From assembly GCA_963818475.1 (NCBI GenBank), contig CAWFSF010000006.1, forward strand, positions 2,176,001 to 2,240,000: a stretch of DNA of 64,000 bases, in the 5' to 3' direction. The notes under the pieces were generated by a model. That model made no database searches, had not been told where the DNA came from, and worked only from the letters and a program-made list of their open reading frames with translations. The position numbers and the translations under genes were made by a program. Origin of the DNA: Nitrospirota bacterium. GTDB lineage: Bacteria > Nitrospirota > UBA9217. Positions 53,544 through 63,882 of the stretch are shown in pieces. Positions within the stretch are counted from its first letter, which is position 1. Each line of letters opens with the position of its first letter.

Positions 53544-54716
53544 TTATTGTCCGCTCCTCAGCTGGCTCTCGGAGTCGATCAGAAAATTGCCGGAGGTCAC
53601 GACGCGTTCGCCCTTTTTTATGCCTTTGACCACTTCGACGTCATTTTCACCGCGTACGCCGAGCATCACGGTGCGCATCTCGTAAACGCCGGGCTTTGTC
53701 TCAACATAGACGATCTGGCGCGTGCCGGAATCGATCACCGCTTCCCGGGGAATGACCAGACGCGAGCCCGAGGCAAGCCTGATCTCCACGTTGACGAACA
53801 TGTCCGGTTTAAGGAGCAGCCCGGGATTGTTCACCGCGATGCGCACCTTGACCGTTCTCGTCATAGGATCGAGCACCGGGTTGATATAGCTCACCTCGGC
53901 GTGCAGCACTTCGTTCGAGGAGTACGGCAGGGTGACCCGCGCCTGCTGTCCGACCTTCACCAGGGGAACCTCGTATTCGTAGATATCTGCGATGATCCAG
54001 ACCCGGGACAGGTCCGCGATCTTGTACAGGTTCATGCCGGAAGTGACGTAGGCGCCGTCGAACACCATTTTTTCGAGTACAATGCCGCTTAAGGGCGCCT
54101 CGATGGTCATGTCGGTCTGGCGCTTATCAGCTTTCTCGAGCTCCTCGATCTGGCGGGGTGATATATCCCACAGCAGCAGCCGCCGCTTCGCTGATTCAGC
54201 CAAGGATCGCTGCGACGATTCCACTTCCGGAAGGCCGCCCGTACCGGTCGACAGGGAACGCAGCGCCAGGAGATACTCTTCCTGGGCGGTCACGAGGTCC
54301 GGGCTGTAGATCGAAAGCAGCGGCTGGCCTTTCTCGACCCGGTCGCCGGTAAAATTCACGTACAGTTTTTTTACCCATCCCGAGATCTTTGTGTTCACGA
54401 AGGCGAGCCGGGTCTCATCGACCTCCACTTTTCCGACCGTGCGGATCTGCTTGTCCAGCGAACGGTACGCGGCAACCGCTGTGCGAACACCGATGAGTTG
54501 CACCTTGTCGGGCGTGAGCGTGATGACAGGAGCTGCTGTTTGTTTTTTCTCAACCGTTCCCTGGCCCCTGGCAGTCCCCTGACCCTGCTGATGTCCTGCA
54601 TGGTCCTGGGAAAACACAGGAACACCATACAGGCTCGCAACGAGAACGACCATTAATATGCGCATTATGCCCGTCATTCCGCAATCCGCATTCCGCAATC
54701 CGCATTTCTTACTCAT
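53544..54716 (-). CDS. cusB: CusB-family periplasmic adaptor
   Basis: YSPDL..AQEEY, IADLSRVW, LKPDMF, FLIDSES; true start may be slightly downstream. Confidence 0.9.
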   Translation of the reverse strand: MSKKCGLRNADCGMTGIMRILMVVLVASLYGVPVFSQDHAGHQQGQGTARGQGTVEKKQTAAPVITLTPDKVQLIGVRTAVAAYRSLDKQIRTVGKVEVDETRLAFVNTKISGWVKKLYVNFTGDRVEKGQPLLSIYSPDLVTAQEEYLLALRSLSTGTGGLPEVESSQRSLAESAKRRLLLWDISPRQIEELEKADKRQTDMTIEAPLSGIVLEKMVFDGAYVTSGMNLYKIADLSRVWIIADIYEYEVPLVKVGQQARVTLPYSSNEVLHAEVSYINPVLDPMTRTVKVRIAVNNPGLLLKPDMFVNVEIRLASGSRLVIPREAVIDSGTRQIVYVETKPGVYEMRTVMLGVRGENDVEVVKGIKKGERVVTSGNFLIDSESQLRSGQ

Positions 54717-55956
54717 GTTCTTCCCCCGTGATCTCCCCGAGCATGGACTGGGCCTTGCTCAGGTTCACCAGCTCCTCCTGTTCCATGAGCTGGTATTTGA
54801 GCAGCGTGTTCTCTGCCTCGAGCAGCGACATGAAATCGGTCTTTCCCACCTGGTAGTTCGACGAGGTGGACTGAAGCGCCATCCGTGCCTGGGGAATGAT
54901 CCCGGATTCGTACAAGTGGACGTGATGCTCCGCGGTATTCACCATGGCATAGAGGTCACGCATACGGGCCAGAGTGGCAAGTTTTTCCGCTTCATACTCG
55001 TACCGCGCCGCATGCAGGTCGGCGTTCGCAGCCCTAACGCCCGTAGACTTGTTCCAGAAATAGAGCGGGACCTTGAACATCAGGCTTGCCTGCCAGACGT
55101 CCTTGAAGTCTCCTCGCGTGAACATGCCGGCGGACACCACCATGTCGGGCAGATATTCCCTGCGGCTCATCGACAGCTCCTCTTCGCTCTGCTCGACCAT
55201 CTGCTGCTTGCCCTTGAGCATAGGTGAATGGGCCTGGACCTGAGCCGCCATTTCATCCAGGCTTTTGTTCAGTGCACGGCGGGGCGGTTCTGCAGGCTTC
55301 CCCAGCGGCATCAGCGGGTTCCGGCCCACGAGGCTGCTGATCAGTGCGGCCTGGGTCTCTTTTTTCCGGTCCTCTTCCGCGACCTTGTCCAGAAGCATGG
55401 AAACCTCAAGCTGCGCCCTGATCACATCCTGCTGCATGCCCTGACCGGTCGCATAGCGGGTTTCGGCGATACGCTGAAAATTTTTCATGAGCTCTTTGGT
55501 CTCATTCAGGATCTCTGCGGACCGGTATGCCAAAAAGTACTCATAGTAAGCAGTCCTTAAACTGTTCAGCACCCTGAGTCTGGTCTCCCGGGAATTTTCC
55601 TGCTCCCGACCCGCCATTTTTGCAGCAGCCCTGCCCTTGACAGACAGCTTGCCCGGGAACGGGATCTCCTGCGTGAACACCACGCCCTGCATGCTCATTT
55701 CTTCCTTGCCCACGGTCGAGGTGCCGAGAGCGCCGACATTCTGGATCATGACGCCTACCATGGGGTCCGGCATGGCGGAAGCGAGCGATTTCCGCTCATC
55801 GGCAGCCTCGGCTTTTTTCACGCCCATACTGATCTCGGGATTATTATTCAGCGCCTCCAGCTCCAGGTCCTTGAGTGTAACACCGACCTCCTGAGATGGA
55901 GCGTTTACGGGCAGGAAAACTGCAAAAAAAATAAATACGTATACCAGGTTCCGCAT
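54709..55956 (-). CDS. TolC-family outer membrane factor
   Basis: PDPM, QEIPFPGKL, Y..G...F..LL; first gene of the cusBA operon; AGGAGG RBS. Confidence 0.9.
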   Translation of the reverse strand: MRNLVYVFIFFAVFLPVNAPSQEVGVTLKDLELEALNNNPEISMGVKKAEAADERKSLASAMPDPMVGVMIQNVGALGTSTVGKEEMSMQGVVFTQEIPFPGKLSVKGRAAAKMAGREQENSRETRLRVLNSLRTAYYEYFLAYRSAEILNETKELMKNFQRIAETRYATGQGMQQDVIRAQLEVSMLLDKVAEEDRKKETQAALISSLVGRNPLMPLGKPAEPPRRALNKSLDEMAAQVQAHSPMLKGKQQMVEQSEEELSMSRREYLPDMVVSAGMFTRGDFKDVWQASLMFKVPLYFWNKSTGVRAANADLHAARYEYEAEKLATLARMRDLYAMVNTAEHHVHLYESGIIPQARMALQSTSSNYQVGKTDFMSLLEAENTLLKYQLMEQEELVNLSKAQSMLGEITGEEHE

Positions 55957-55980
55957 TGCGTGCCTCCTGTCCAATACTAT

Positions 55981-55996
55981 AGCAAGGCGTGCGCCA
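55981..55996 (-). promoter_or_regulatory. sigma54 promoter
   Basis: TGGCGC-ACGCC-TTGCT (-24/-12). Confidence 0.75.
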
Positions 55997-56179
55997 AACA
56001 GCGCAATTGCTAATATTTAGATTATATAATAAAATCAGCAGAATAGAGATGAAATTCGAGGAAGAATATGCAAGATTGGAGCGTCTGCTCAAAGCAGTGT
56101 AGTATTTCATACAGCTGTATATAGCACGGCTTTTGCTTTCGGGGTACAAAAAGTCGGCGATTCTCCGTCGGTGAACTAT

Positions 56180-56546
56180 TGACATCGCCGATACCGCTCT
56201 CAGATATTGTCTCGCCATCTGTCTTGTTTGCCAGAAACAGATAAGGAGTAGTTATACTTAAATCATATCGCGGTGCCACATAGCCAAGCGTCGGTGAGAC
56301 GTAGTACAATTCCGACCTCGTCGGCGTGCCGAAATCTCCCGTCTTATACCCGCCGGTCATTTCTAGATAGGAACGCCCCTCCTCCGCACCGGCTGCAAGC
56401 GGCGACAATAAAATCAGCAGCAGTGCAACGACCCCGTGAACGACTGGAAAGTAATCCCGCGCCCCGCCCACAAAACCTCCGAATGCACTCCTTCTGAGCT
56501 TTCTCTGACAGGAGTCTTTTCTGTTCCGGCCTCCCCGTCCATGCAC
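56180..56546 (-). pseudogene. Truncated outer-membrane beta-barrel/transporter gene
   Basis: Hydrophobic leader, YKTGDFGT, PYL, SGIGDV, then non-coding-like sequence. Confidence 0.55.
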
Positions 56547-56561
56547 GGGTCGTTACATTTT

Positions 56562-56999
56562 TTATTTAGCACTCTTTTGCATTGCATCCAGTTTTTGGTT
56601 CATTATCTGCAAATTTTCATGCATCTTCTTGACCGTGCCTTGGTCCATCTTCCCCTGCTCCATGTGCATTGCCATCTCGTTCATCTGCCCCGCCATCTCG
56701 CGCATCATCTTGCCCATGTCCTGCATCATGGCATGGTCCGTAACGGTCTTGTGTTCCATCGCGTGGGACATCTTCTGCATCGTTTCGTTCATCTGCTTCA
56801 TCATGCCGGACATGTCGCGCATCATCTCCTGGCTCATCATCTGGCTGCCAATCATTTGCTGGGACTGCTGAGAGCCCATCATGCCTCCGCCGGGCTGTTG
56901 TTGCTGGCCTCCGGTTCCGCCGCTGCCGCCCATCTGGGCAAATGCCGCCGACACCGCCAAACCAATTAACGCTGCTGTTACTACCAGGATCTTTTTCAT
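56562..56999 (-). CDS. Exported Met-rich protein (putative Cu binding)
   Basis: Signal peptide plus helical Met/Gln-rich body. Confidence 0.8.
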   Translation of the reverse strand: MKKILVVTAALIGLAVSAAFAQMGGSGGTGGQQQQPGGGMMGSQQSQQMIGSQMMSQEMMRDMSGMMKQMNETMQKMSHAMEHKTVTDHAMMQDMGKMMREMAGQMNEMAMHMEQGKMDQGTVKKMHENLQIMNQKLDAMQKSAK

Positions 57000-57060
57000 G
57001 ATTATTTCCTCCTTTAGGGTAAAAAGATATATCAAGTATATCGCGTTTCTTCCTGCATAC

Positions 57061-57450
57061 TTATTTATTTGCTTTTCTCAGACTGGTAATGTAATTAACA
57101 AGATGCCACCGCATCTCCTCCGACAGATCGTTCCCGAACCCTTTCATGGCCGTTCCCGCTACGCCGTCTGCAATAACATGAAACATCTCGCCGTCAGTGC
57201 TGCCGTGAATCCGACCCGGAACCGTTAGATCAGGGCCTATGCCCCCTTTTCCTGCTTCTCCATGACAGGCTACGCAATGCTTCTCATAGAGTCTCCTGCC
57301 TTCGGCAACAGATTTTTTTGTCTTTGCAATGGGATTTTTGATCTTTGCGTATTCCGGGTGCCCATGCTGCTCACGCTTGTGATGTTCTTCTTGAGCCCAC
57401 CCAGTAAGAGACACGAGTAATACTATAAGCAAAAATAAGATATTTCGCAT
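57061..57450 (-). CDS. c-type cytochrome
   Basis: Signal peptide, KNP, CVACH, GPDL, TAM. Confidence 0.9.
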   Translation of the reverse strand: MRNILFLLIVLLVSLTGWAQEEHHKREQHGHPEYAKIKNPIAKTKKSVAEGRRLYEKHCVACHGEAGKGGIGPDLTVPGRIHGSTDGEMFHVIADGVAGTAMKGFGNDLSEEMRWHLVNYITSLRKANK

Positions 57451-57533
57451 GACCTTGTCTCTTGCCTTTTCATTGCGTACTATCGCTAATTTTATGACTG
57501 ACCTGAGATTTTTATTCAACGACCTCATTAAGT

Positions 57534-58553
57534 TCATCCATGGTCACAAGTGTCGCATACCGCCCATACGAAGAAATGAGCGCCCCATTTCTGTCCGACC
57601 CCTACTGCCCCTTTGCTAAGGTACAAGGCCCACGCCCAGTCGGGCTCGAACATGCTCGTGGTGGATGACCAGTATCCTTCCCTGACTTCCGTGAACGGAT
57701 GCTCTGCCGGCAGCGCGGGAGAGTGCGTGCTGCAGTCCACGAGGGACTCCAGTTCGTTGATATTCGGAAGCCGCCAGACAGCCTCCTTCACGTTTTGATT
57801 CAATTCTGCCACTGCGGCGAGAGCCTGGCTCCACGTTACCTGTTGTCCCGTGAGATCGGCAGTTCGGAGCCAGCAAAGACCGGTAAGCCGGTCTATGACG
57901 GCATCGCCCATGACTTCAAAGCGGGGCGAGGGCCATGCCAGACCGAAGAGAAACTCACCGTCCTGGCCAGTGCCGCCGCAGGGGATATGCCCTCCGCTTG
58001 CATCGTAACACCGCGTCTGTCCGGTGGCAGGGAGCACCCCGTACCCCTGGCCGCGGACCGGCCAGAGCAGAAAGAATTGTTCCTTATTGCCGTAAAACAT
58101 GCGAGCGCCTTCCATTTGAATATACCAGGCATAAGCGGTGTTGATTGCAGCAGTTGTGGACGTCCAGTACCAGCCGGGGAAAACATTCCGAAAAGGATGC
58201 CCCTCGGGCAGGGCAGGCTTCCTGGTCTGATGACTTATAAGGCTTCTGAGCTCCCGGCGGTTCGGAAGTCGCCAGTCCGAGCAGCCGAAGGTCCTTTCGC
58301 GATTCATCCCGGCAATGTAGTTCAACGCTTCCTGCCAGGCCATGGGAAATTCGGTAAGGTTTGCATCCATTGCCCAGATGAGGCCGGTGAGACGGTCGAG
58401 CACGGTATCGCACTCCGGTTCGAAACGCGGAACAGGCCAGGGAAAGCCTTTCCTGTACTCACCGTCCTGACCGCTGCCGGGACAGGGGATTTCATTTCCC
58501 GCAGTATCGTGGCAGGTGATCTGGCCTGTATCAAGGTATGTCCTGATCTTCAT
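57534..58553 (-). CDS. Tandem DUF1566 (Lcl) domain protein
   Basis: Two copies of TGQ..C...GQDG...D.LTGL.W...WRLPN..EL.SL...YW.STT. Confidence 0.9.
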   Translation of the reverse strand: MKIRTYLDTGQITCHDTAGNEIPCPGSGQDGEYRKGFPWPVPRFEPECDTVLDRLTGLIWAMDANLTEFPMAWQEALNYIAGMNRERTFGCSDWRLPNRRELRSLISHQTRKPALPEGHPFRNVFPGWYWTSTTAAINTAYAWYIQMEGARMFYGNKEQFFLLWPVRGQGYGVLPATGQTRCYDASGGHIPCGGTGQDGEFLFGLAWPSPRFEVMGDAVIDRLTGLCWLRTADLTGQQVTWSQALAAVAELNQNVKEAVWRLPNINELESLVDCSTHSPALPAEHPFTEVREGYWSSTTSMFEPDWAWALYLSKGAVGVGQKWGAHFFVWAVCDTCDHG

Positions 58554-58630
58554 AATAAAAGAATCGCGGTAGACAACGCGAATAGCATGCAAACACGGAG
58601 GCCTTGTTCCCGGACAATCATGCCTCCCAC

Positions 58631-61047
58631 TTATATTCTCGCCCTCTTGAGACGCAGGGCGTTCCCGATCACCGACACGGAGCTGAAGCTCATTGCAGCG
58701 GCTGCGAAGATCGGGCTGAGCAGGATGCCGAGGAACGGGTAGAGCACTCCCGCTGCTACAGGGATGCCCAGGGAGTTGTAAACAAAGGCGAAGAACAGGT
58801 TCTGTTTGATGTTCTTCATCGTGGCCCGGGAGAGGAGCCGCGCGCGCAGGATCCCGCGAAGGTCGCCTTTGACGAGCGTCACACCCGCGCTCTTCATGGC
58901 CACATCCGTGCCGGTCCCCATGGCTATGCCGACCTGAGCCTGGGCCAGAGCCGGTGCGTCGTTAATACCGTCGCCTGCCATTGCCACAAACCGTCCTTCG
59001 CTCTGGAACCGCTTCACGACATCTGCTTTCTGGTCCGGCAGCACTTCGGCGACCACGTCGTCTATGCCCAGCTTTCTTCGCCACCGTTTCGGCGGTGGTC
59101 CTGTTGTCGCCCGTGAGCATCACGATCCGGATGCCGTCGTCATGAAGAGCTTTAATTGCTTCGAGCGTTGTTTCCTTTATCGGATCGGCCACACCCAGAA
59201 GTCCGGCTGCTTTTCCGTCAACGGCGACGAACATCACGGTCTGGCCGTCCTTCCGCAGGTCCTCGGCCTTCACGGATAATCCGCCAGGATCGATGCGAAG
59301 CTCATCGAGCAGCGCACGGTTGCCGAGCGCGACAGCATGACCGTCCACCTTGCCGACGACTCCTTTACCGGTCTTGGATTGGAAGTCCTCGGCATTCTTC
59401 GGGCGTGACGCCTTTTTCCTGTGCGCCGGCCACGATGGCTGCCGCAAGGGGATGTTCGCTGCCCCGCTCAATGCTCGACGCGTACAGGAGCAGCGACTTC
59501 TCGTCGTATCCGTCATTCGAAACCACAGAATTCAATTTCGGCTTCCCCACCGTAAGCGTTCCGGTCTTGTCCACCACGAGGGTGTCCACTTTTCTCATCA
59601 GCTCGATGGCTTCGGCGTTCTTGAACAGCACGCCGCCTGTGGCGCCCTTGCCCATGGCGACCATGATGGACACGGGCGTCGCGAGCCCCAGGGCGCAGGG
59701 GCAGGCGATGATCAGGACTGCGACGGCATTCACGAGAGCATAGACAAAGCGGGGCTCGGGCCCGACCCAGGCCCAGACGATGAAGGTGACTATCGCGATC
59801 GCAACCACGATCTGGACAAAATACCCGGCGATGATGTCCGCCAGCTTCTGGATCGGCGCGCGGCTCCGCTGGGCCTCGGCCACCATGTGCACGATCTGCG
59901 CAAGAAGCGTCTCGGAGCCGACCTTCTCGGCCCTCATGATGAGCGAGCCTGTCCCGTTCACGGTGGCGCCGACAACGCGGTCGCCTGCGTGTTTTTCAAC
60001 GGGGATCGGTTCGCCGGTGATCATGGATTCGTCCACGCTGCTGGCTCCCTCTACCACGGCGCCGTCCACGGGGACCTTTTCGCCGGGCCGCACGCGCAAA
60101 AGATCTCCGGGCATTCACCTGCTCGAGCGGGACATCCTCTTCATTTCCGTCCTTCACGCGGCGCGCGGTCTTCGGCGCAAGCCCGAGCAGGGCTTTGATC
60201 GCGGCCCCCGTCTTGCTCCGTGCCCGAAGTTCCAGAACCTGGCCCAGAAGCACGAGCGTCGTAATTACGGCAGCGGCTTCGAAGTAGGTCCCCACTTCGC
60301 CGCTTTTACCACGGAAGGAGGAGGGAAAAATCTGCGGGAACAGAGCGGCTACGATGCTGTATCCGTAGGCCACACCCACGCCGAGGCCGATCAGGGTGAA
60401 CATGTTGGGGTTCCAGGTAACGATCGACTTCCACCCGCGCACGAAGAACGGCCAGCCGCCCCACAGAACCACCGGGGTCGCCAGGATCAGCTCCAGCCAC
60501 TTCAGCATCTCCATGGGAATGAACTTCTCCGGCGAGATTGCAGGGATGTAGCCGCCCATCGCGATATACACCAGCGGGATCGTGAGAACAGTACTGATCT
60601 TGAACCGCCTGGTCATATCGATGAGTTCGGGGTTCTCCTCTTCCTCAAGAGAGACCGTCCTCGGCTCCAGCGCCATGCCGCAGATCGGGCAGCTTCCCGG
60701 CGCATCGCGCACGATCTCCGGATGCATGGGACAGGTCCACTCTGTCTTGGACGAAGCAATAATCGGCTCGACCGGTTCGAGGGCCATACCGCACTTGGGA
60801 CAGGACCCCGGTCCTGGTTGCCGAACCTCTGGGTGCATGGGGCAGGTGAACACTTTCCCGAGTCTGCGGCTCGTCGGTTTTGAGTGGAAGGCCCGCCTTT
60901 CACAACGATGTACGATTCCGGATTTTTGTCAAAATCCTCTTTGCAGGATGGTGAGCAGAAATAATAGGTCATGCCTTTATACGTTGATGTGGCTGCGGCA
61001 TCGGAATCTTCTATAGTCATTCCGCATACAGGATCTTTGACCTTCAT
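58631..61047 (-). CDS. copA: Cu(I) P1B-type ATPase with YHS domain (several frameshifts)
   Basis: DPVCGM, 2x TCPMHP, TGE, CPC, DKTGT, SEHPL, GDGIND, YN, MSFSS. Confidence 0.93.
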
Positions 61048-61103
61048 CGCTTCCTCCCGTCGCCGGACAGATTAACGTCGTTTGTCTTGTTTGCTGAAAC
61101 CGA

Positions 61104-61817
61104 TTAAAACTTAAACGTCCTCTCTTTCACGCCAGCGACATCCTTTATCACGATCTCTACTTCTTTAACCTTCGGGTTATCGAACTCAATTACGGCAGAC
61201 CGGTGATGCCCCGATCCTTCCCGCGACACTACCTTGCCTTTATATTCTTTGCCGGCTGCCCTGAGAATGACGATTTCGTCGAAGTTATACTTCTCAAGAT
61301 CGACTGAATGCGTTTCGAGGGCCACTTTAAAAGTCGCGGTTCCGTCCATGCTTTCAAGAGAAACCTTCGCCGTAACTCCGGCCTCTGATTTTTCCTGCGT
61401 TTTCTTCGGGCCTCCTGTTTGTTCTTCTTTCGTCGGCTCGGCAGAGGCCGATCCGCCCATCATCCCCTGCATCATCATGCCCTGTGACATCATTCCCATC
61501 ATGTCGGCCATCATCTTGTCCATCTTCTCCTGCATGCCGGACAGCTCCTTCACCAGTTGCTTCTTCTCCGCAGGCTTTACGCCTTCCACGATTTTCTGTT
61601 GGACTTCGATCATCTTCTTCATCGTCTGCATCATGTCCTGCATCATCATGCCGTGGCCCATCATGTTCTTCATCATGGGCATGTGCTCCTGCTCGCAAGG
61701 CATTGTGCCGGGACCTGCCTGACCTTTTTGCTCGCCCATCATGCCGCCCGTCTGTGCATGTGCAGTAATGCTTGACAGAAACAGCATCGCGAAAGCTACT
61801 ATTGTCTTTTTCTTCAT
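61104..61817 (-). CDS. Exported Met-rich protein with C-terminal beta domain
   Basis: Signal peptide, Met clusters, ETHSVDL...GHHR. Confidence 0.8.
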   Translation of the reverse strand: MKKKTIVAFAMLFLSSITAHAQTGGMMGEQKGQAGPGTMPCEQEHMPMMKNMMGHGMMMQDMMQTMKKMIEVQQKIVEGVKPAEKKQLVKELSGMQEKMDKMMADMMGMMSQGMMMQGMMGGSASAEPTKEEQTGGPKKTQEKSEAGVTAKVSLESMDGTATFKVALETHSVDLEKYNFDEIVILRAAGKEYKGKVVSREGSGHHRSAVIEFDNPKVKEVEIVIKDVAGVKERTFKF

Positions 61818-61833
61818 GATATTCCTCCTTTGA

Positions 61834-62064
61834 TTAAGTAAAGTGCCGATGCCCGATCAGTTTATGTCCCAATTTATCTAGACTGTCACTTGTTAGCCTG
61901 ATCAGATCTTCATCAGGCATCTTCGATTCATCGAAAATGACGGCAATCTCTCTCTTTTCGACGTCAATGGATTCTATCCCTTCCATATGGCCGATAAATC
62001 TTCGCAGAGCCAGGGCGCATTCGTCGCAGAATTGATCCTCGACTTTAAACAGAAGCTTTCGCAT
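61834..62064 (-). CDS. Heavy-metal-associated (HMA) domain protein
   Basis: CDEC motif in an HMA-sized protein; AGGAGG RBS. Confidence 0.8.
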   Translation of the reverse strand: MRKLLFKVEDQFCDECALALRRFIGHMEGIESIDVEKREIAVIFDESKMPDEDLIRLTSDSLDKLGHKLIGHRHFT

Positions 62065-62342
62065 TGTGTTTTCCTCCTAATTCCGGCATGAACATCGGGG
62101 GCACTTCCATGTACCTCCGGTACTCGTCCAGCGTACGAGTATATCCGCTGTCTCCTTTTTCGTCGTAATGCCCACTTAAACTCCTTCCCTGTCACGGGCT
62201 GAAAGGAGCTATGATATCTTGCACAAGGCGTTCTTTGAAAAATGAGAGCTCCTTATACGTATGATTATATACCCTCTTGGAGCTGTTGAAGACGTTCTTG
62301 AATACCCACCTCAGGCCGGATAGTACTTTACTCTCCGGCGTC

Positions 62343-63428
62343 TCACGCCGCGCAGACAGCTACGTCTTTTTTCTTTCTAAGGTCCAAGAGGTACTGCCTT
62401 GCCGCAAGTGCCGCCTTCGCTCCCTCGCTGGAGGCGATGATGATTCTTTTTCCATAGGCATTCGTGATGTCCCCCGCAGCGAATATTCCAGGGAGGGAAG
62501 TCGAACAGTCGGGATATATGACTATCTCGCCCTGCGCATTCAACTCGACCAGGTTAGAGACCAGAAAAGAATTGGGCTGAAAACCGATCGCGATAAATAC
62601 CCCCGCAACCAGGAGGCTGATCGTTTCTTCTCCTGCCATCTTTCTTATCGTGATTCCTGAGACCGCGTTGTTGCCCGACAACTCAATCACTTTATACTCT
62701 TCATAGATATGCAAGTTATCAAACAACCTGATGCGCTCGATGACTACCGGGTCCGCCGTCAGTTTTGTTGCGGAGACGAGATGCACGGTCCCGGCAATGC
62801 TCTGAAGATTCTCGACCAGTTGGAGCGCCGAATTCCCGCCGCCGATTACGGCAACGTCCCTGTCCTGCGCAAAGGAAAGGTCCTGGATGTTCCCGTAGAA
62901 TACGCCTCTTCTCTGAAATCTTTCTTCTCCTGCCACGCCCAGTTTCTTTCTCGTCAATCCAGTGGTGACGATTACGGCCTTGGCAATATACGTTATCAGC
63001 TCGGATGTTGTTATCCTGAAACCGCCATCCCCTGGTTCTATCTTTTCCACTTCGCTGATTACGTGGTCGATATAATGGGAGCGGACAAGCTGCTCTTCGA
63101 ATTTCCCGACAAGCTCCGGCCCGGTGATGAAATCGAAGCCCATGTAGTTTTCAATCTTGGTGCTGTCCACGGCTTGACCACCCAGGTCCCTTGCGATAAG
63201 AAAGGCGTCCATCTTCATCGTCGAAGCGTATACCGCCGCCGTGAGGCCCGCGGGGCCGCCGCCCACGATTACAAGATCATACGAGGTGCGAGGTCGCCTA
63301 CAGGATTTATCGTGGAGAAACTTGTCCCGGCACCCTTCTGAGCAGAAATAGAAGATCTCGCCGTCACACTCGGCCGTTATGCCGGCGTCTTCATGCACCT
63401 CCATATCGCATATTGGATCTCTTTTCAT
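62343..63428 (-). CDS. YHS domain + thioredoxin-reductase-like flavoprotein
   Basis: DPICDM/FCSEGC; GGGPAG, GGGNSA, GIFAAGD. Confidence 0.88.
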   Translation of the reverse strand: MKRDPICDMEVHEDAGITAECDGEIFYFCSEGCRDKFLHDKSCRRPRTSYDLVIVGGGPAGLTAAVYASTMKMDAFLIARDLGGQAVDSTKIENYMGFDFITGPELVGKFEEQLVRSHYIDHVISEVEKIEPGDGGFRITTSELITYIAKAVIVTTGLTRKKLGVAGEERFQRRGVFYGNIQDLSFAQDRDVAVIGGGNSALQLVENLQSIAGTVHLVSATKLTADPVVIERIRLFDNLHIYEEYKVIELSGNNAVSGITIRKMAGEETISLLVAGVFIAIGFQPNSFLVSNLVELNAQGEIVIYPDCSTSLPGIFAAGDITNAYGKRIIIASSEGAKAALAARQYLLDLRKKKDVAVCAA

Positions 63429-63459
63429 GAAACATCATCTCCCTTCATGTTTTAATAGC

Positions 63460-63475
63460 AGCATATCCCGTGCCA
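63460..63475 (-). promoter_or_regulatory. sigma54 promoter
   Basis: TGGCAC-GGGAT-ATGCT upstream of the YHS-TrxR gene. Confidence 0.7.
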
Positions 63476-63882
63476 ATATTTTTTCATTTTATATCAGTCG
63501 GTTCGATGATTGGCTGAAGCCTGTGATCCTATGTCTAAATGATATGCTACAGCGATCGGACTTGAAACCACGTTGCTCGTTTTTATTATAATTCTGTGAT
63601 TTCTGACGGTAGGGCAAAAGATGTATAATCCAGAATTACGAGGGTCTTTACAGAACGGTCCGTGAGCACAGTGGCATATACATTCCTCCAGCACATGGCG
63701 TAACAATGACCACTTGAAATGACCGCGCCACATACAAAGAAAACAGAACGATAATTAAGGGTACGTGAGCTGGAAAAGGATGGGTGGAGGGTCTCTTGTA
63801 CTACGATGGTAGCATTTACTGCTCTAATTGTGAGAGGACTGCATGAGAGGTTGGTGGTCCCTAAAAACGAGCGAGCACATCG

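Noticed and set aside
61974-62280. Small gene between the YHS-TrxR and HMA genes
   Set aside because: No frame gives a recognisable protein; possibly frameshifted but unsupported.
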